DNA of 63,738 nt, filler included, from Reticulomyxa filosa (Eukaryota; Protista; Foraminifera): assembly GCA_000512085.1 (NCBI GenBank). It is 19 parts of 19 records of this genome, joined end to end, with 100 filler letters (N's around TTAATTAATTAA, not from the genome) between each part and the next. Parts side by side here need not be neighbours in the genome. Positions count along the whole stretch, not along the records: positions 49,264 to 53,409 come from ASPP01021504.1; positions 53,510 to 58,078 come from ASPP01001527.1; positions 58,179 to 59,178 come from ASPP01012663.1; positions 59,279 to 60,925 come from ASPP01026543.1; positions 61,026 to 63,738 come from ASPP01018610.1; 14 more parts are not named here. The stretch is one strand, 5' to 3'. This document shows positions 52,201-63,738 of the stretch, in pieces; the first letter of the stretch is position 1; each line of letters begins with the position of its first letter. Below the pieces are notes generated by a model. It searched no databases, had not been told where the DNA came from, and worked only from the letters and a program-made list of their open reading frames with translations. The position numbers and the translations under genes were made by a program.

Positions 52201-53409
52201 ATCAGCAATGTTTGCGAATCGAAAGTTACCGGTCATCCATAAAGACATTACTAACATCCTATGGATTCCGCCGCTCGAATTTGATAAAGCGGTGGCACAC
52301 TACAATAGCAATTCGTATAGTGCCAGCAACAGCGTCAACATCATTGATATTCATACAACCCCCTCACAAGCCAAGTTGTCACAAAACATAAATCAATACA
52401 TTAGAGGCACTTTTAAAGAAAAGGCAGAAAACAGGATGAAGAAGTTATTGGCGGCAACATCATCGAGACATTCATCCGATTACCTCAAGACACTACCAAA
52501 CATATTTACAAAGTCGCATTTTGGGAATAATGAATTCCGCTCTATACTAAAATATCGAATTGGGCAAGATGAAACAACAGACTCAAAGTGTCATGGTGGT
52601 AATGCATGTCAAGACACAATGGACCAACACGGTGACCATGCTTTGGATGCATAAGGGGAAGAGGCAGAATTTATCGTCACAACTTAGTGACTGCATGCAT
52701 TTCAAAACTTCTTAAGCGTGCAGGACTAAGTCATGAGCGAGATGTTCGTGCCGACGCGGCTTCCACTTATAGACCTGGAGATATCGCATTAAAGTGGTTC
52801 AACTCAAAGCACGAAAAGACATTTTTTGATATTGGAATCACTCATAGGAATATGACAAGTGAACGAGAAGACAGCAACGCATCGATGGAAAAATATTATC
52901 AATTCAAGATTGGCAAGTATGGCAATTATGCGAAAGAAAGAACATATCATATATTCCATTAATTGCAGAAACCACGGGCGATGGCATTCGGAGGCGGTCA
53001 AAGTATTTAACAAGATTGCGGACATTTTGGCGGACAAAGAGAACAGAGAAATCGCAAAAGAGAGAGAGATAGTATACAATGCTTTGAGTACAGCCTTACA
53101 GAAGGGCAATGCGCTAACCTTTAGAACACACTGTCATTAAAAAGAGGCCTTTTGCCTACATTTATTATTGGGGGATAAAAGGGTAACGATTTGTTTCGTT
53201 TTGGTTTGAGCCAAGTTTAGGGCGGTTTGTTTTGTTTATTATCGTTGTTCGTGTTACTTCAGGCCCTGAGGGAGGGAATGGGAAGGAGAGTGAATGAGTG
53301 CATTAGTTGCGTTGGGTGTTACACCTTCATTCGCTTAAATTAAGGCGAGGGCCCATTATTTATTCCTTATATATCCTACGATCAAGAGTTTTTTTTATTC
53401 CCCCTTTTT
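49264..53409 (+). mobile_element. Non-LTR retrotransposon, CRE clade (single ORF: Zn fingers, RT, CCHC, restriction-like endonuclease), disrupted copy
   Basis: CPVVLC...HIDKH; RPIAIGSIIRR; IDFGNAFNS; GVHQGDPLG; YHDD at 51653-51664; QLPINKGGLGI; C..ACQDTMDQHGDHAL; RHNLV; RPGDI...FDIGITH...KIGKY...ETTG. Frameshifts at ~50270, ~50770, ~52645 and ~52950-52980; TGA at 51524-51526; ~270-nt 3' UTR. Confidence 0.9.
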
Positions 53410-54599
53410 NNNNNNNNNNNNNNNNNNNNNNNNNNNNNNNNNNNNNNNNNNNNTTAATTAATTAANNNNNNNNNNNNNNNNNNNNNNNNNNNNNNNNNNN
53501 NNNNNNNNNTAGAAAGAGTGCAAAAAGAAGTATGAGTTTGAGGATGAGTATTTTGACACTTGATACGCCACCACTACAACCTTTCTATAAAAAAAAGAGC
53601 AGCATTTGATCATTGTTATTCTTTCTATTGGTCCTCTTCTTTGGTTTTCGAGATCCATTCTCGTTTTCATTTCCATCTAATTTTTGTCTTTTGGTCACGT
53701 CAGTATAAGAATATTTCTTTGCTGCTGCACATTTAATTTAATTGTAATGTGCTAATATGTTTTCTTATGAATGAGTCATGCATACAAAATTCTATTTTTA
53801 ATGCCATCATACATTATGACATTTATTTTACTAGTGGTATATATGTTCGGAAGTGCAGTTAACATGTCTGACTGTTTACCATTCTTGATCAAATTTCATG
53901 GCTTGCAGTATATCCTATTATGGTAAAAGTACCTTGTCTCGGCCGTCCGGATCGCCTCACAAGCATTTTATCAGCTAGTTTATTTTTGGTTTTACTCAAT
54001 GTTCAGTAGAAGTTACCCGATACTCATAGTTCTGCCAAACAGAAAAAACTAGTCATTTGCCTCGATATTGCAAATTTCTCAAAGGCGTCGAGCAATCTTA
54101 AGGCAAGCAATGTTCGACCTTCTCACTCAAGCCGCCCGTTTCCAATAAAAGTATTAATATCACAGTTACCAGTACTTTTAGTCTAAGTATAAGATACTAG
54201 TAACGTTTTAAAAAGCACTTCCACTTCACCACATTAAGATGCTGAACCTACAACTACAACCTCCCGAAAATTAATTGCAGCCAAAAACTGTAATAAAAGG
54301 GAGGATCAGTATAAAAAAAATTTTACTAGTTAAAAAAAATATTCTTTCTTGCCCCGAAAAGTTTTGCGTAACTTTTTTGGACGAAACTATGTTGAAATAC
54401 TTGACAATACTTTTAAAATTTCCTTCAAAACTTAGAGATGTCGAAGTTCGAGTACAATCTCTTTCAAAATATGAATTTTTTTAATATATTGCCGAAGTGC
54501 CAGAAGTAAAAAAAAACATTGATATGTTCTTACAAATGAATATGATCAAGTTTATTTGTGTAACACATATATACAATAGTTACATGTAGTGACAATTGC

Positions 54600-55035
54600 A
54601 CCAATGAAGATGATCGATTTTCTAAGGCAAAAGTCAAAATTTTCTTTAAAACAATTTATTTTTTTTTACAATTTTTTGCTCAAATAATAATAATTAAAAA
54701 GATATTTGAAAACGACAAAGATGTCATTATTTGTTTTTTGTGCAACCGACTATGTTTGACTGGTAGGTTTTAAATAAGAAAGAATTTATGTTGAATTTCA
54801 TAATTGAAAATTGTAGTTATAAAAATCAAAAATAAAATAAAATTAGCTAAAAACCAAAAAAATACAAAAATTAATATGAGTGTTGTAGAAAATGATAAAC
54901 ATGTTTGTAATTGACAAAAATTGTGAAAAAATGAAGTGCATTTTGAAACACTTGAAGATTCGTAGATATTTTAAAAATTTGAAAAATGTTGATTTTGACT
55001 TATAAAATCGATCATCTTCATAAGATGCCATTTTA
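54600..55035. mobile_element. MITE-like element: imperfect inverted repeats flanking a non-coding AT-rich core
   Basis: atgaagatgatcgattttctaaggcaaaagtcaaaatt (54604-54641) versus the reverse complement of 54985-55021, atgaagatgatcgattttataagtcaaaatcaacatt. Confidence 0.55.
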
Positions 55036-56024
55036 GTGTGCCCCTACCTGTGTATGCAATCATTGCAATATAGATTTGCGTTCTGTAATGAAGCAGCAGA
55101 ATCACACAAGAAAAGGTTAGAATGAATTCAAATAATTACAATATGCAAGATCCTTATATTGATAAATTCCACCGCACATGACTTTGTCAATGTCGTTTCA
55201 CAATTTTCTCTCTTGGAATTACGAAAGCAACAGAAATAAAGTTATTCAGGATGGAAATAAAATCATGGATTCAGAAGGTGAAAGACGTTAGCTTTGAAAA
55301 TTGCCGACGTTACCAATAAATGGAAATTACTGACATCAGTTGTAATATTTGCATATTGAAGTTTTGAACCAGATCAAGTACTTGGATCCAAGATCCATGT
55401 CAGTCACAATTGATTGAAATTTCAAATCATAGAAATCACTACAATGATTCGAAGTGAAATTGAACTTTTCTGATGCTTGCCGAATTGTTTTAAAGAAAAT
55501 ACAAATATGAAATAACTGTAATTCTTTTTGATTGTAAGTTTGCTTTGAATGCAAATGCAATTCAGAAACTTAATTCTTTTTTTTTATTTTCTGCTACTTT
55601 CTGTTCTTGATTTGGCTCTCTTTGTAATATTTGTATATTTGCTTTTTATTTGTTTTTTCGTGTTCATCTTCATAACCACTGTACTGTTGTCTTGAACTCT
55701 TGACTTCATTGCGATCTTATGTCTTGATTTCCACTTATAGTCTTATTTGCACTACATTGTGGATAATTATTTCATATTTCATACTAATTGAAGAAACAAT
55801 AGATAAAATTAGCAAACCAATTTTTTAATTCATCACAATGAACGATCTGCGCATTATTGATTCATCTCCATCCGAAAGTAGTCAAAAATATGTTTAGTTT
55901 TGTGAAACTCATTTATTGATTTGCGAAACGAAAACCAGTGAAAAATAAATACTTTTAAGAGATGTAGAAAACAAAAATAATTTAGCTTTTATGATTATAT
56001 CATAAACAATGAGTGGCAGGAAAT

Positions 56025-57983
56025 TCAGTCTAAAGACTTCCAAAAAGAGCTATTGGATTGTGCAGTATTTTTACACGGTTTGCATTGTTGTTTGATGTGT
56101 TTAATAAATAGTATTTTTGCGTTGAGTAAGATTTCGAGTAGATTGTTTTTATTGGAACTGAGATTTTTTTCGGTGTCGGCAGAAGCAGGTAAAAGTTGCT
56201 CAAAGTCTTTCATGGAAATCAATCCAAAGACTCGGTTGAAAGCTTTCTGTGATAAGTCATCAGCGTCAGTATTCGCGTTGCTGTCTTGTTCTTGCGCAAC
56301 GAATGGGCCAAAGACACTTTTATCAGTTTGATAAGCATCCAATAAATAATCTCTATCGTGTAAAATGGCATATAGTGCAGCCTTGTTTGGACACGACTTA
56401 CAATGATAGCGAACATTAGCAAAAAACGCAAGTAATTCTCCAAGTGCAAGAATGCGACGATAAGACTCAGTATAATAGGCTTTATGGATGGCGCTATTTT
56501 GAACATATTTGTCCTGAATAACTGCCAAGTCAATGCACGACAATGGGATGACTGGAATGGAATACATTTGCTGTAAGTAGCAAAACGAGTTGAATGAGAC
56601 GGGATGGAAGGAGACGTCTAAAGAAGAAATGGCCTTGTGTGGGATTGAAAATTGTTTGGAACCATCCAAGCACGTCTGACAGTATACATGTCCGGTGTAA
56701 CTGCAAATGCGCGCCACCTCCAAAGACTCGACAATATCACCGCAGCTGAAACATTGGCGATTTTGCTCTTTCCACATCTTTTTGTTTATATCTTGTGCCA
56801 AAAAGGGCGATCGCAATATCACTCCAGTTCCAGGGAAAATGGACGACAAAGACTGCATTGGAGATATGCGTGTCTCCCCACGCATCACACTTTGTTCAAC
56901 TTGCATCCTTTTTTTGCAATTCATGTCTTGCTCGCGCTTGCGCAATTGCCGAAGCTTTTCGTTTTGATCGTTAAAGTATTCGTCACTGCAATACATATCC
57001 AATGAATTGTGTAACGAAAACATTCCAAGATTCATTTGACCAAATCGACCTTTACCACCAAGATTGGTAATACTTGTATTTAACCCCATGGAGTTGAACA
57101 TCGCATTGGTCATAAGACCTCCTGTGCTATTGCCAACGAGATTGGAGGGAGAACTTAATCCATTGGAAATGGGGTCGTGCATTGGCATGCGGTGGTGAAT
57201 CACGGTTTGAAACTCTGACTCTATTCCGTGTGTCTCATCGACAGCTGCGACAGATCCCGAACTTTTATCTGTTGTCACGGCCACATTCTGATTCTGAGTC
57301 GAAGAAGAAGAAGGAGGCGGAGTGTCCTCCATCGAAATCGGTCGTAATTCTTCGTCACTTTCATCGTCAATAGCTTCATCTTTGGAGTTATTGCTGTTAT
57401 TGTTATCCCTTGATTTGTTCATTTCGTCTTTGATTTGTGTTCGTGGCAATTGCGATTGCGATCTGCTTGCATTGCTTTGCGACGTCTTAGACAATGGCTG
57501 CGTCTTTGCAGTCCAATTGCTCGTGGCGTAGTGACATTGCTCATCCGTCTTCCACGCCTCGATGGGCGATGCGTTGACACGTGCAATGCCTATCTTATTC
57601 GAATTCAACGGCAGCGAAGAGGACAGTGCTGGCATTTGCTTTTCCTTGGCCTTATCACTGCTCATCTTAATGGCTCGTGGATTTGTCCCCACGTTCTGTT
57701 TTTCCTGATCTTCTGATCCTCGATCGCTTGCAAACACCTCGTCTTGGCCGTTATTCGCTTTGGCTTTGTTCATGCCATTTGTGATAAACGCCGTCGTTGG
57801 CGTCGTTGAGAGAGTCGCCAAAGTGGAATCGGACAGCACACTGTTCGATTTGTTACGTCCTATTTTGGCTATTTCGTCGGCTATGTCGCTGTCATTGCCG
57901 TTAATTATCAATGATTGCGTTTTTTTCAGTTTTATTCGCTTTTGTGTTTGCTGTTTTACATTCAAGTCACAACACAAATGCAA
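56025..57983 (-). CDS. Rubicon-homology (zf-RING_9/DUF4206; PLEKHM1/DEF8-like) protein, 5' partial
   Basis: QNRQCFSCG...ARICSYTGHVYCQTCL...IPHKAISSLD...PVS, CKSC and HIKQQCKPC. Confidence 0.8.
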   Translation of the reverse strand: MHLCCDLNVKQQTQKRIKLKKTQSLIINGNDSDIADEIAKIGRNKSNSVLSDSTLATLSTTPTTAFITNGMNKAKANNGQDEVFASDRGSEDQEKQNVGTNPRAIKMSSDKAKEKQMPALSSSLPLNSNKIGIARVNASPIEAWKTDEQCHYATSNWTAKTQPLSKTSQSNASRSQSQLPRTQIKDEMNKSRDNNNSNNSKDEAIDDESDEELRPISMEDTPPPSSSSTQNQNVAVTTDKSSGSVAAVDETHGIESEFQTVIHHRMPMHDPISNGLSSPSNLVGNSTGGLMTNAMFNSMGLNTSITNLGGKGRFGQMNLGMFSLHNSLDMYCSDEYFNDQNEKLRQLRKREQDMNCKKRMQVEQSVMRGETRISPMQSLSSIFPGTGVILRSPFLAQDINKKMWKEQNRQCFSCGDIVESLEVARICSYTGHVYCQTCLDGSKQFSIPHKAISSLDVSFHPVSFNSFCYLQQMYSIPVIPLSCIDLAVIQDKYVQNSAIHKAYYTESYRRILALGELLAFFANVRYHCKSCPNKAALYAILHDRDYLLDAYQTDKSVFGPFVAQEQDSNANTDADDLSQKAFNRVFGLISMKDFEQLLPASADTEKNLSSNKNNLLEILLNAKILFIKHIKQQCKPCKNTAQSNSSFWKSLD

Positions 57984-58183
57984 TGTCTTTTATGACGAAA
58001 AGTACGCATTTTGCATGTATGTTGTTTTCCTGTAAAGAAAGAGGATGAGAGAGAGAGAGGAAAGGGAAGAAAAAAAAANNNNNNNNNNNNNNNNNNNNNN
58101 NNNNNNNNNNNNNNNNNNNNNNTTAATTAATTAANNNNNNNNNNNNNNNNNNNNNNNNNNNNNNNNNNNNNNNNNNNNTTTTC

Positions 58184-58220
<37 letters not shown>

Positions 58221-58269
58221 AAGAGCAAAGACAGAGGTATTACTGCCACCACTACCCCCCAAGACGAAT

Positions 58270-59062
58270 TTGTTACAGGAAAACGCGCCAGCGAAAAAAA
58301 AAAAGAAAAAAAAGAACGCAGCTAAACAGTCAGAGTGCTCGGCTCATGTGCGTGAAGACGATTTTGTATACGTGGGTCGACTTCATGTTTTGCAATCCAA
58401 TCCCAAAGTTGCATTTCTTCACACCAAATATCAAAATGATATTTTAATATTTGGAGAAGTGGATCGAAGTTTTGTTTGTTTGTTTGTTTGTTTACCTTTG
58501 TTTCGAGTGTGTTCGTGTTTGGAGACAGACTGACTCAGTCTCAACGGAATTTTGCAATATACAGATCGAGCCTTTCCTGGAGATATCGTGGCAGTCTCAC
58601 TGTATTCCTATTCGAAATGGGAAAAAGTGGAGTTGATCCAACAGGCATTGAAAATCGAACAAGACAGTGTCGATAGGGGACTATCAAACTCTGCTGATCT
58701 TTTGGAATATCAACACGAACCAGAATACACGCAAGAGCAAAAGGAAAGCGACAATCTTGTGAAAAAAAAATTGGAGTCAATCCAAGAGATTGATGTAGGG
58801 CAACATCTGTCCGGATTTGTCGATCTCAATAAAAATAACAAAAGCGTCCTTTCAAAGATCAATTTTCTGTATCCCAATCCAAATGACTACCAGCACATGT
58901 ATCCTCGAGGCAAAGTGCTGGCCATTGTTGATCCGTTGCTTGACTCACGTCACGTCTACGGCACTTTGCTGTCGCGAACACAGAACACCTCCAATGTTTT
59001 ACACACCTTTGTTCCTTTTGATAAGCGCATTCCAACCACGCAGTGTTCCTTCCAACGAGCAG
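58270..59062 (+). CDS. RNase II/R family exoribonuclease (DIS3/DIS3L2-like), cold-shock/OB-domain exons
   Basis: GRLHVLQSNPKVAFL...DILIFGEVDR|RAFPGDIVAVSL...PRGKVLAIV...FVPFDKRIP. Confidence 0.8.
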
Positions 59063-59139
59063 GTAAACGTATATACGTATGCATGTAGTGTATGCATGTG
59101 AGTTAATTTGGATGCGAACATGCAATTGTAACATTACCC

Positions 59140-59178
<39 letters not shown>

Positions 59179-59278
59179 NNNNNNNNNNNNNNNNNNNNNN
59201 NNNNNNNNNNNNNNNNNNNNNNTTAATTAATTAANNNNNNNNNNNNNNNNNNNNNNNNNNNNNNNNNNNNNNNNNNNN

Positions 59279-60560
59279 AAGATTATTTCCAAAAAATTTT
59301 GGAATAAGGTGGATAAAGCATTTATATTGATGCAGCAAAATACTCAATAATTTTCTTTTGTCATAACCATTTGGAATCCAAAAAGGATATTTGTTTGGAC
59401 TAATCCTTTATTTGTCATAAGCTTTGTACTGGTTTTTTGCAACCACAATTTACATAAAATTTAGTTCTTCAAGCAAAAGAACTAAATTGTTAACACAAAA
59501 AGTTTAAAAAAAAAAAATCAATAAAATTAATCTTTTGCTTCATCATTTGAAGCAGTCAAAAAAGCAATTGTTTCTGCGCCAGCCTTCTTCTTTTTGTTGA
59601 TAATGGGTTTCAGTATTCACATATGTTATGTTTCGATTTTGTCTTTGCAGACTTTCCTTTATTTATTTTCTTTTTTATCTGTTACTTCTTCTTTATTCTA
59701 GTCTACATCTTTTTCTATATTTATTTACTCTTTCTTTTCGTGATCAGTATCTTGTTCTTTCACCTTTTAATTACTGACATATTCATTTTCACTGACTTTG
59801 TATTTGCATATTTTTCCTTTACTACATCTTTTTAAAATGATTTCTTCCATAATTTGTTCTTCATTTTGCTTCTAAAAATTTTCTAAAAAAAAAAGATAAA
59901 TTTGTAACGTTTTTTTATGCTAACTACATTAATATATACGATATTGAAATGTATATTTATAAAAATGTATTTTTCTATTAGAAATTTAACTTGTAAGTAA
60001 TTTGTTTTATATTACCAAATTTGCTCATTTAATTCAGACTTTGTTTTTGTACTTCTATCTGCAAAATTTATTATTATATTTTTAAATGACTCCAAAATTT
60101 GCCTGAACTTGGCTTTATCTATTTTCATATTATAATTATGAAATTTGGACGACTATCAAATGCATTTATGAAAAATCTTATAATGGATTTATAACATTAT
60201 ATTTACTATGTTATATTGCTATTTATAATTCCAAGAATTTTACACATTACCGATTTTTGGATTTTGTTAAGATGTTGTTTATGTAATTCAGTTGCATCAT
60301 TCCAGAATGTATATGCATATTCCAATGATTGCCTAACTATTGTTTTGTGCAACTACTTCTTTCAAACTTCTTTCCACTATCTTTTCCCACATATTTCTAG
60401 CATCTTTTTCTTTTATGTTCTTCAAAAAAAACGCAACAAACTCCGACAATACTACGTATACACATACAGTCCAACAAAAAAATTATAATTTTTTCGGAAT
60501 ACAATGGTCATCTGCAACTTTTGGCTATGTTCCAGAGGGATATTGAGAGGACGTACTCAT
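59279..60560 (-). pseudogene. Probable decayed coding sequence
   Basis: Lys/Glu-rich coding-like bias on the - strand, interrupted by many stops. No family recognised. Confidence 0.25.
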
Positions 60561-61025
60561 ATTTACTAAAGTTAAATATCACACTTAAAGATGGACCAAA
60601 GTGAAAAGTGGATTATTACATAAGTTTTTGAGGAGTAGTTTATTTCGATATATTTTTTTTGTGAAGATGTCGCTTAACAAAAAATTTACAATGTAAAATA
60701 ATTGTTGCATTTGATAAGTCGTCAATTTCATGAAATATGATCATACATTTTTTGTTAATGATTGTGAAAAACATTGAGTATTTTTCTACAAACATAAAAT
60801 ATCACAATAAAAGTTTACATTTTTTTCATCAATAAAATTTTAAGTTGCTTTATTAACGTAGTTATGCAATTAACGGAATTTAGTAGTTTACAACCGTTCC
60901 AATGAGTTCGATTAAAAAATTGAAANNNNNNNNNNNNNNNNNNNNNNNNNNNNNNNNNNNNNNNNNNNNTTAATTAATTAANNNNNNNNNNNNNNNNNNN
61001 NNNNNNNNNNNNNNNNNNNNNNNNN

Positions 61026-62288
61026 ATTTGGATTTGGATTTGGATTTGAATTTTGAACTTCAACAGTATTGGGATTGATAACAGTATTCGTATTCAAATT
61101 TGCATTTGCATTTGCATTTGGATCGTTGACAGTATTTTTTTGTGAAGCAACAAAGTTCGGTTGAGAATCGATAGGAGCGGGGATTTTTTCGATCAAGTCC
61201 CTTTCGATGTCGGTCCTAAGTTCATCGTCGTCACTGTATTGCGAAGAGCGATCGCTAATGCTATCGCGATGATTGGAGTGGAGAGCAAAGGACGAGCAGG
61301 ACGTGCCAAGCTCTTTGAGTTCGGCCAAGAGATTGTCATGGTCATAGTTGGAGTTGTCGCGGAAGATGAAGCCGACACTGGATGATCGTTGAGCGCGATG
61401 ATGAATTTGATCAGCAGCAGCAGCAGAAGAAGAAGAAGAAGAAGAAGAAGAAGATGATGATGATGATGATGATGACGATGACGATGATGCTCCAGCATTC
61501 GCAAGAGCAAGAGCGGTCTGATGCTCTTGTTCATGTTGCTCGGATAACTGCGCATGTTGGGTCAACTGCTTTTCTAATGACATTTTTTCCAAAATCAAAC
61601 ACTGAATATACTCACTTAAAATCTTTTCTTTTTCTTTCAACTCATTGTTTTCTTGCTCCAATTTTTTCATATCCGCTTGCATTGCTGACAGTGTCTCATA
61701 ATACGTATCCACTAATGCTTTGTAACTATTTGCCTTTCGACCTTTGCTCATGCTGCCATTATGATTGCCATACATATTGTTAGTACTGTCATTTTTACCA
61801 TTGCCATTGTGATTGCCATTACCATTACTATAATCCTTTGTCCTTGGCGATTGCATCAACGAACCTCTTTCCATCTCCACGTTCTTTGGTGTCGTGTCGT
61901 CTCTTTCCATGTCCCTAGACATTGACTCCATTAACATTGCATAACTTTGAATACGCTCCATTGCTATGCTCAACTTCTCTTCTGCCATTGTCAACTCGTT
62001 CACTAATTGCGCGTTTGTACTCTTCAGGCACTTAATCTCGTCCAACAAATGGTTCTCTTGCAACTTGTGCGTCTCCAAGTCCATTTGACATTCCATCAAC
62101 TGGTTCTTATATTGCTCTGCTTGTGCTTTATACTTGCTGTTCTCTTCCACCAGCTCCATCCCCGACTTCAACAAATCATTCAACTGTGCCTCTTTATTCT
62201 GCAACGCTTCTCGCAGCGATTCCACTGACGAAAGTGGATCCAACGCCCTTTCTTCCTCTGTTTTTGATGATGAATTTAACTCGGCCAT
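61026..62288 (-). CDS. Coiled-coil protein with an N-terminal CC1-box-like segment (possible dynein adaptor); 3' partial
   Basis: LQNKEAQLNDLLKSGMELVEENSKYK; long heptads; poly-Ser; ATG preceded by ~20 A. Confidence 0.6.
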
Positions 62289-62976
62289 TTTTTTTTTTTT
62301 TTTTTTTGATATACAAGTTTTTTTTTTTAGTTACCTACGTTCGGGTGATTTTTTTTTTCAAAGCTAGAACACAAAAATATTTCGTTCTAAAAAATTAAAA
62401 ATTGAACACCACTAACAAATTTTACAATGTCAATAGTTAAACAAAATTTACACGATTCTTTGTCTTGCTTATCTGAGCACAAATACAAAAGAGCCCTTTT
62501 CTTCACAACCAACCCCAAAAAAAAAGCCATCCATAATTTATCTGTTGACATTTTTTTGTTTTGTGATGACTTTTCCATGGGCGTTGCCACTTGCAATTGA
62601 CAGTTATGTAACTTCATTTTAACGATTTGTGAGGAGCATGCCTCTCAAAATCCGGAAAGAACCGACAAAAACAAACAAAACAACACAACACAGGACGACC
62701 GAAAAAATTGATTTTGGCGTGAACGACTTACAATTTCTAGGTAAGAATTCTCTTTGTAAAACTAAAAAACAAAAGCAATTGCGCCTGTTTTTCGCAAAAG
62801 GGGAAATAAAAAAAAAGGACAAAACAAAAGGGAAGGGGACAATGAAAGATTCAGACATATGTTGATATAAAATATAATTTGAGTCTATATGTATATTTGT
62901 GGATTGAGAGAAGCAGAAGATATTTAGTGAATTTGATTAAGAAAGACCAAGAAACGAAGTAGAAGCAATTGTTAAA

Positions 62977-63420
62977 TGGTGAGCACAGAACAAGAAAAAA
63001 AAGTATCAATCCAAATGAACTTTAAAAAATTGAAGTGTTGCTTATCGAAGTCAAGTCCAAATTCATGTCCAGACTCGAGTGTGTCAATCGAGCCTCAACC
63101 ACCCAAAACTTATGGCATTGTATTGCACGGAACTTTAAACACTCGATTTGTGAATACTCGTCATTACCAAAGATCCCTTTTTGATTTGCGTTCCAGATGG
63201 AAACTTAGGTTCGTTTTGATTTTGTTTAATGTGTGTGTGTGCATATGTCTTTTTTTTTTTTTTTTTAGAGTACATTACTAATAAACAATACAATTTTTTT
63301 TTGTTGTTTATTATCTTCCACAATAATAATAGATACTGGAGACTTGTGCTTACAGACGATGGACTGATACTTCAAAGTTTTTTTTTTTTTTTTTGCAAGT
63401 GGTGTGTTATTGTTTCATAA
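62977..63420 (+). CDS. Possible PH-domain-containing protein, N-terminal exons
   Basis: VLHGTLNTR...RSRWKLR|YWRLVLTDDGLILQSF resembles PH-domain beta1-beta3. Confidence 0.35.
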
Positions 63421-63738
63421 TGGAAATGGCTTTGAATAAACAGAAAGCCGTGGTGCAAACATGAAACCTTATAAAAGCATTTTGTTGCCATTTGGAAAAA
63501 CCTCCGTTTGGGAAAACTGGGGGATTCGTGGAAATTCCAAATATCCCTTTGGGTGCGTGTGGTTTCTTTTATAGAACTGATTTTTTCTTTTTTTCATTTA
63601 TTTGTACTTGAACAACAAAAAAAGAGGAATGGGATCGTTTGCAAAAAAAAAAAAAAAAAAAAACGATTCACGCTACGTGTGACCTGTGCAACATTCAAAT
63701 GGAAGCTGCTGTCGATTCTGAAAAAACTCGTCGCCGAT

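Larger units (their letters stand above)
9555..61025. other. 18 artificial 100-nt contig-joining linkers (N44-TTAATTAATTAA-N44, stops in all six frames) starting at 9555, 12402, 13530, 15691, 25504, 27789, 30592, 31729, 38072, 39547, 40807, 44900, 47867, 49164, 53410, 58079, 59179 and 60926
   Basis: Identical spacer each time. Many contigs end in homopolymer or microsatellite tracts. Confidence 0.98.

Noticed and set aside
39647-53409. Apparent 'defence island' of RelA/SpoT-like NTase, OAS-like gene and retroelement
   Set aside because: They lie on different contigs joined by artificial linkers, so the adjacency carries no biological information.
53930-54160. GC-richer patch with an ETGGLSE peptide on the - strand, perhaps a retroelement endonuclease remnant
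   Set aside because: Too short and degenerate to support a call.
9555-61025. Regularly recurring TTAATTAATTAA repeat as a CRISPR-like or regulatory array
   Set aside because: It is an assembly spacer with stops in six frames, always embedded in N runs. ORFs ending in ...XXXLIN or ...XN are artefacts.
1-63738. tRNA, rRNA, snRNA or CRISPR arrays
   Set aside because: No recognisable cloverleaf, rRNA or snRNA consensus, or repeat-spacer array was seen by eye; no covariance search was run.

Overview
This window is eukaryotic, AT-rich and intron-rich genomic DNA. It is not one locus: 19 short contigs are joined by 18 identical 100-nt linkers (N44-TTAATTAATTAA-N44), so gene neighbourhood across linkers carries no information. 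Short GT-AG introns full of (TA)n, poly-T and poly-A, amino-acid homopolymer tracts, decayed gene copies and the gene families suggest a protist, most plausibly the foraminiferan Reticulomyxa filosa (inference only). Recognisable genes: a Pmp-repeat/beta-helix membrane protein, a CAMK-group kinase with a KA1 domain, a RING-HC protein, a VPS9 GEF, NAA35/MAK10, a GYF_2 coiled-coil protein, VPS50, a TPR protein, a CLASP/TOG-like protein, CEP19 and NELF-B head-to-head, an EH-domain protein, a Rubicon-homology protein, a DIS3/DIS3L2 fragment, and a decayed CRE-clade non-LTR retrotransposon. Three observations stand out. (1) A properly spliced POLQ-like family-A polymerase gene whose catalytic motifs A, B and C are all substituted, i.e. 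a pseudo-polymerase. (2) A eukaryotic CUE-like + Zn-binding + RelA/SpoT-type nucleotidyltransferase protein, possibly a nucleotide-signalling or immune effector. (3) An OAS/cGAS-fold protein with a degenerate catalytic triad. All family calls come from manual translation and motif recognition; no searches were run.
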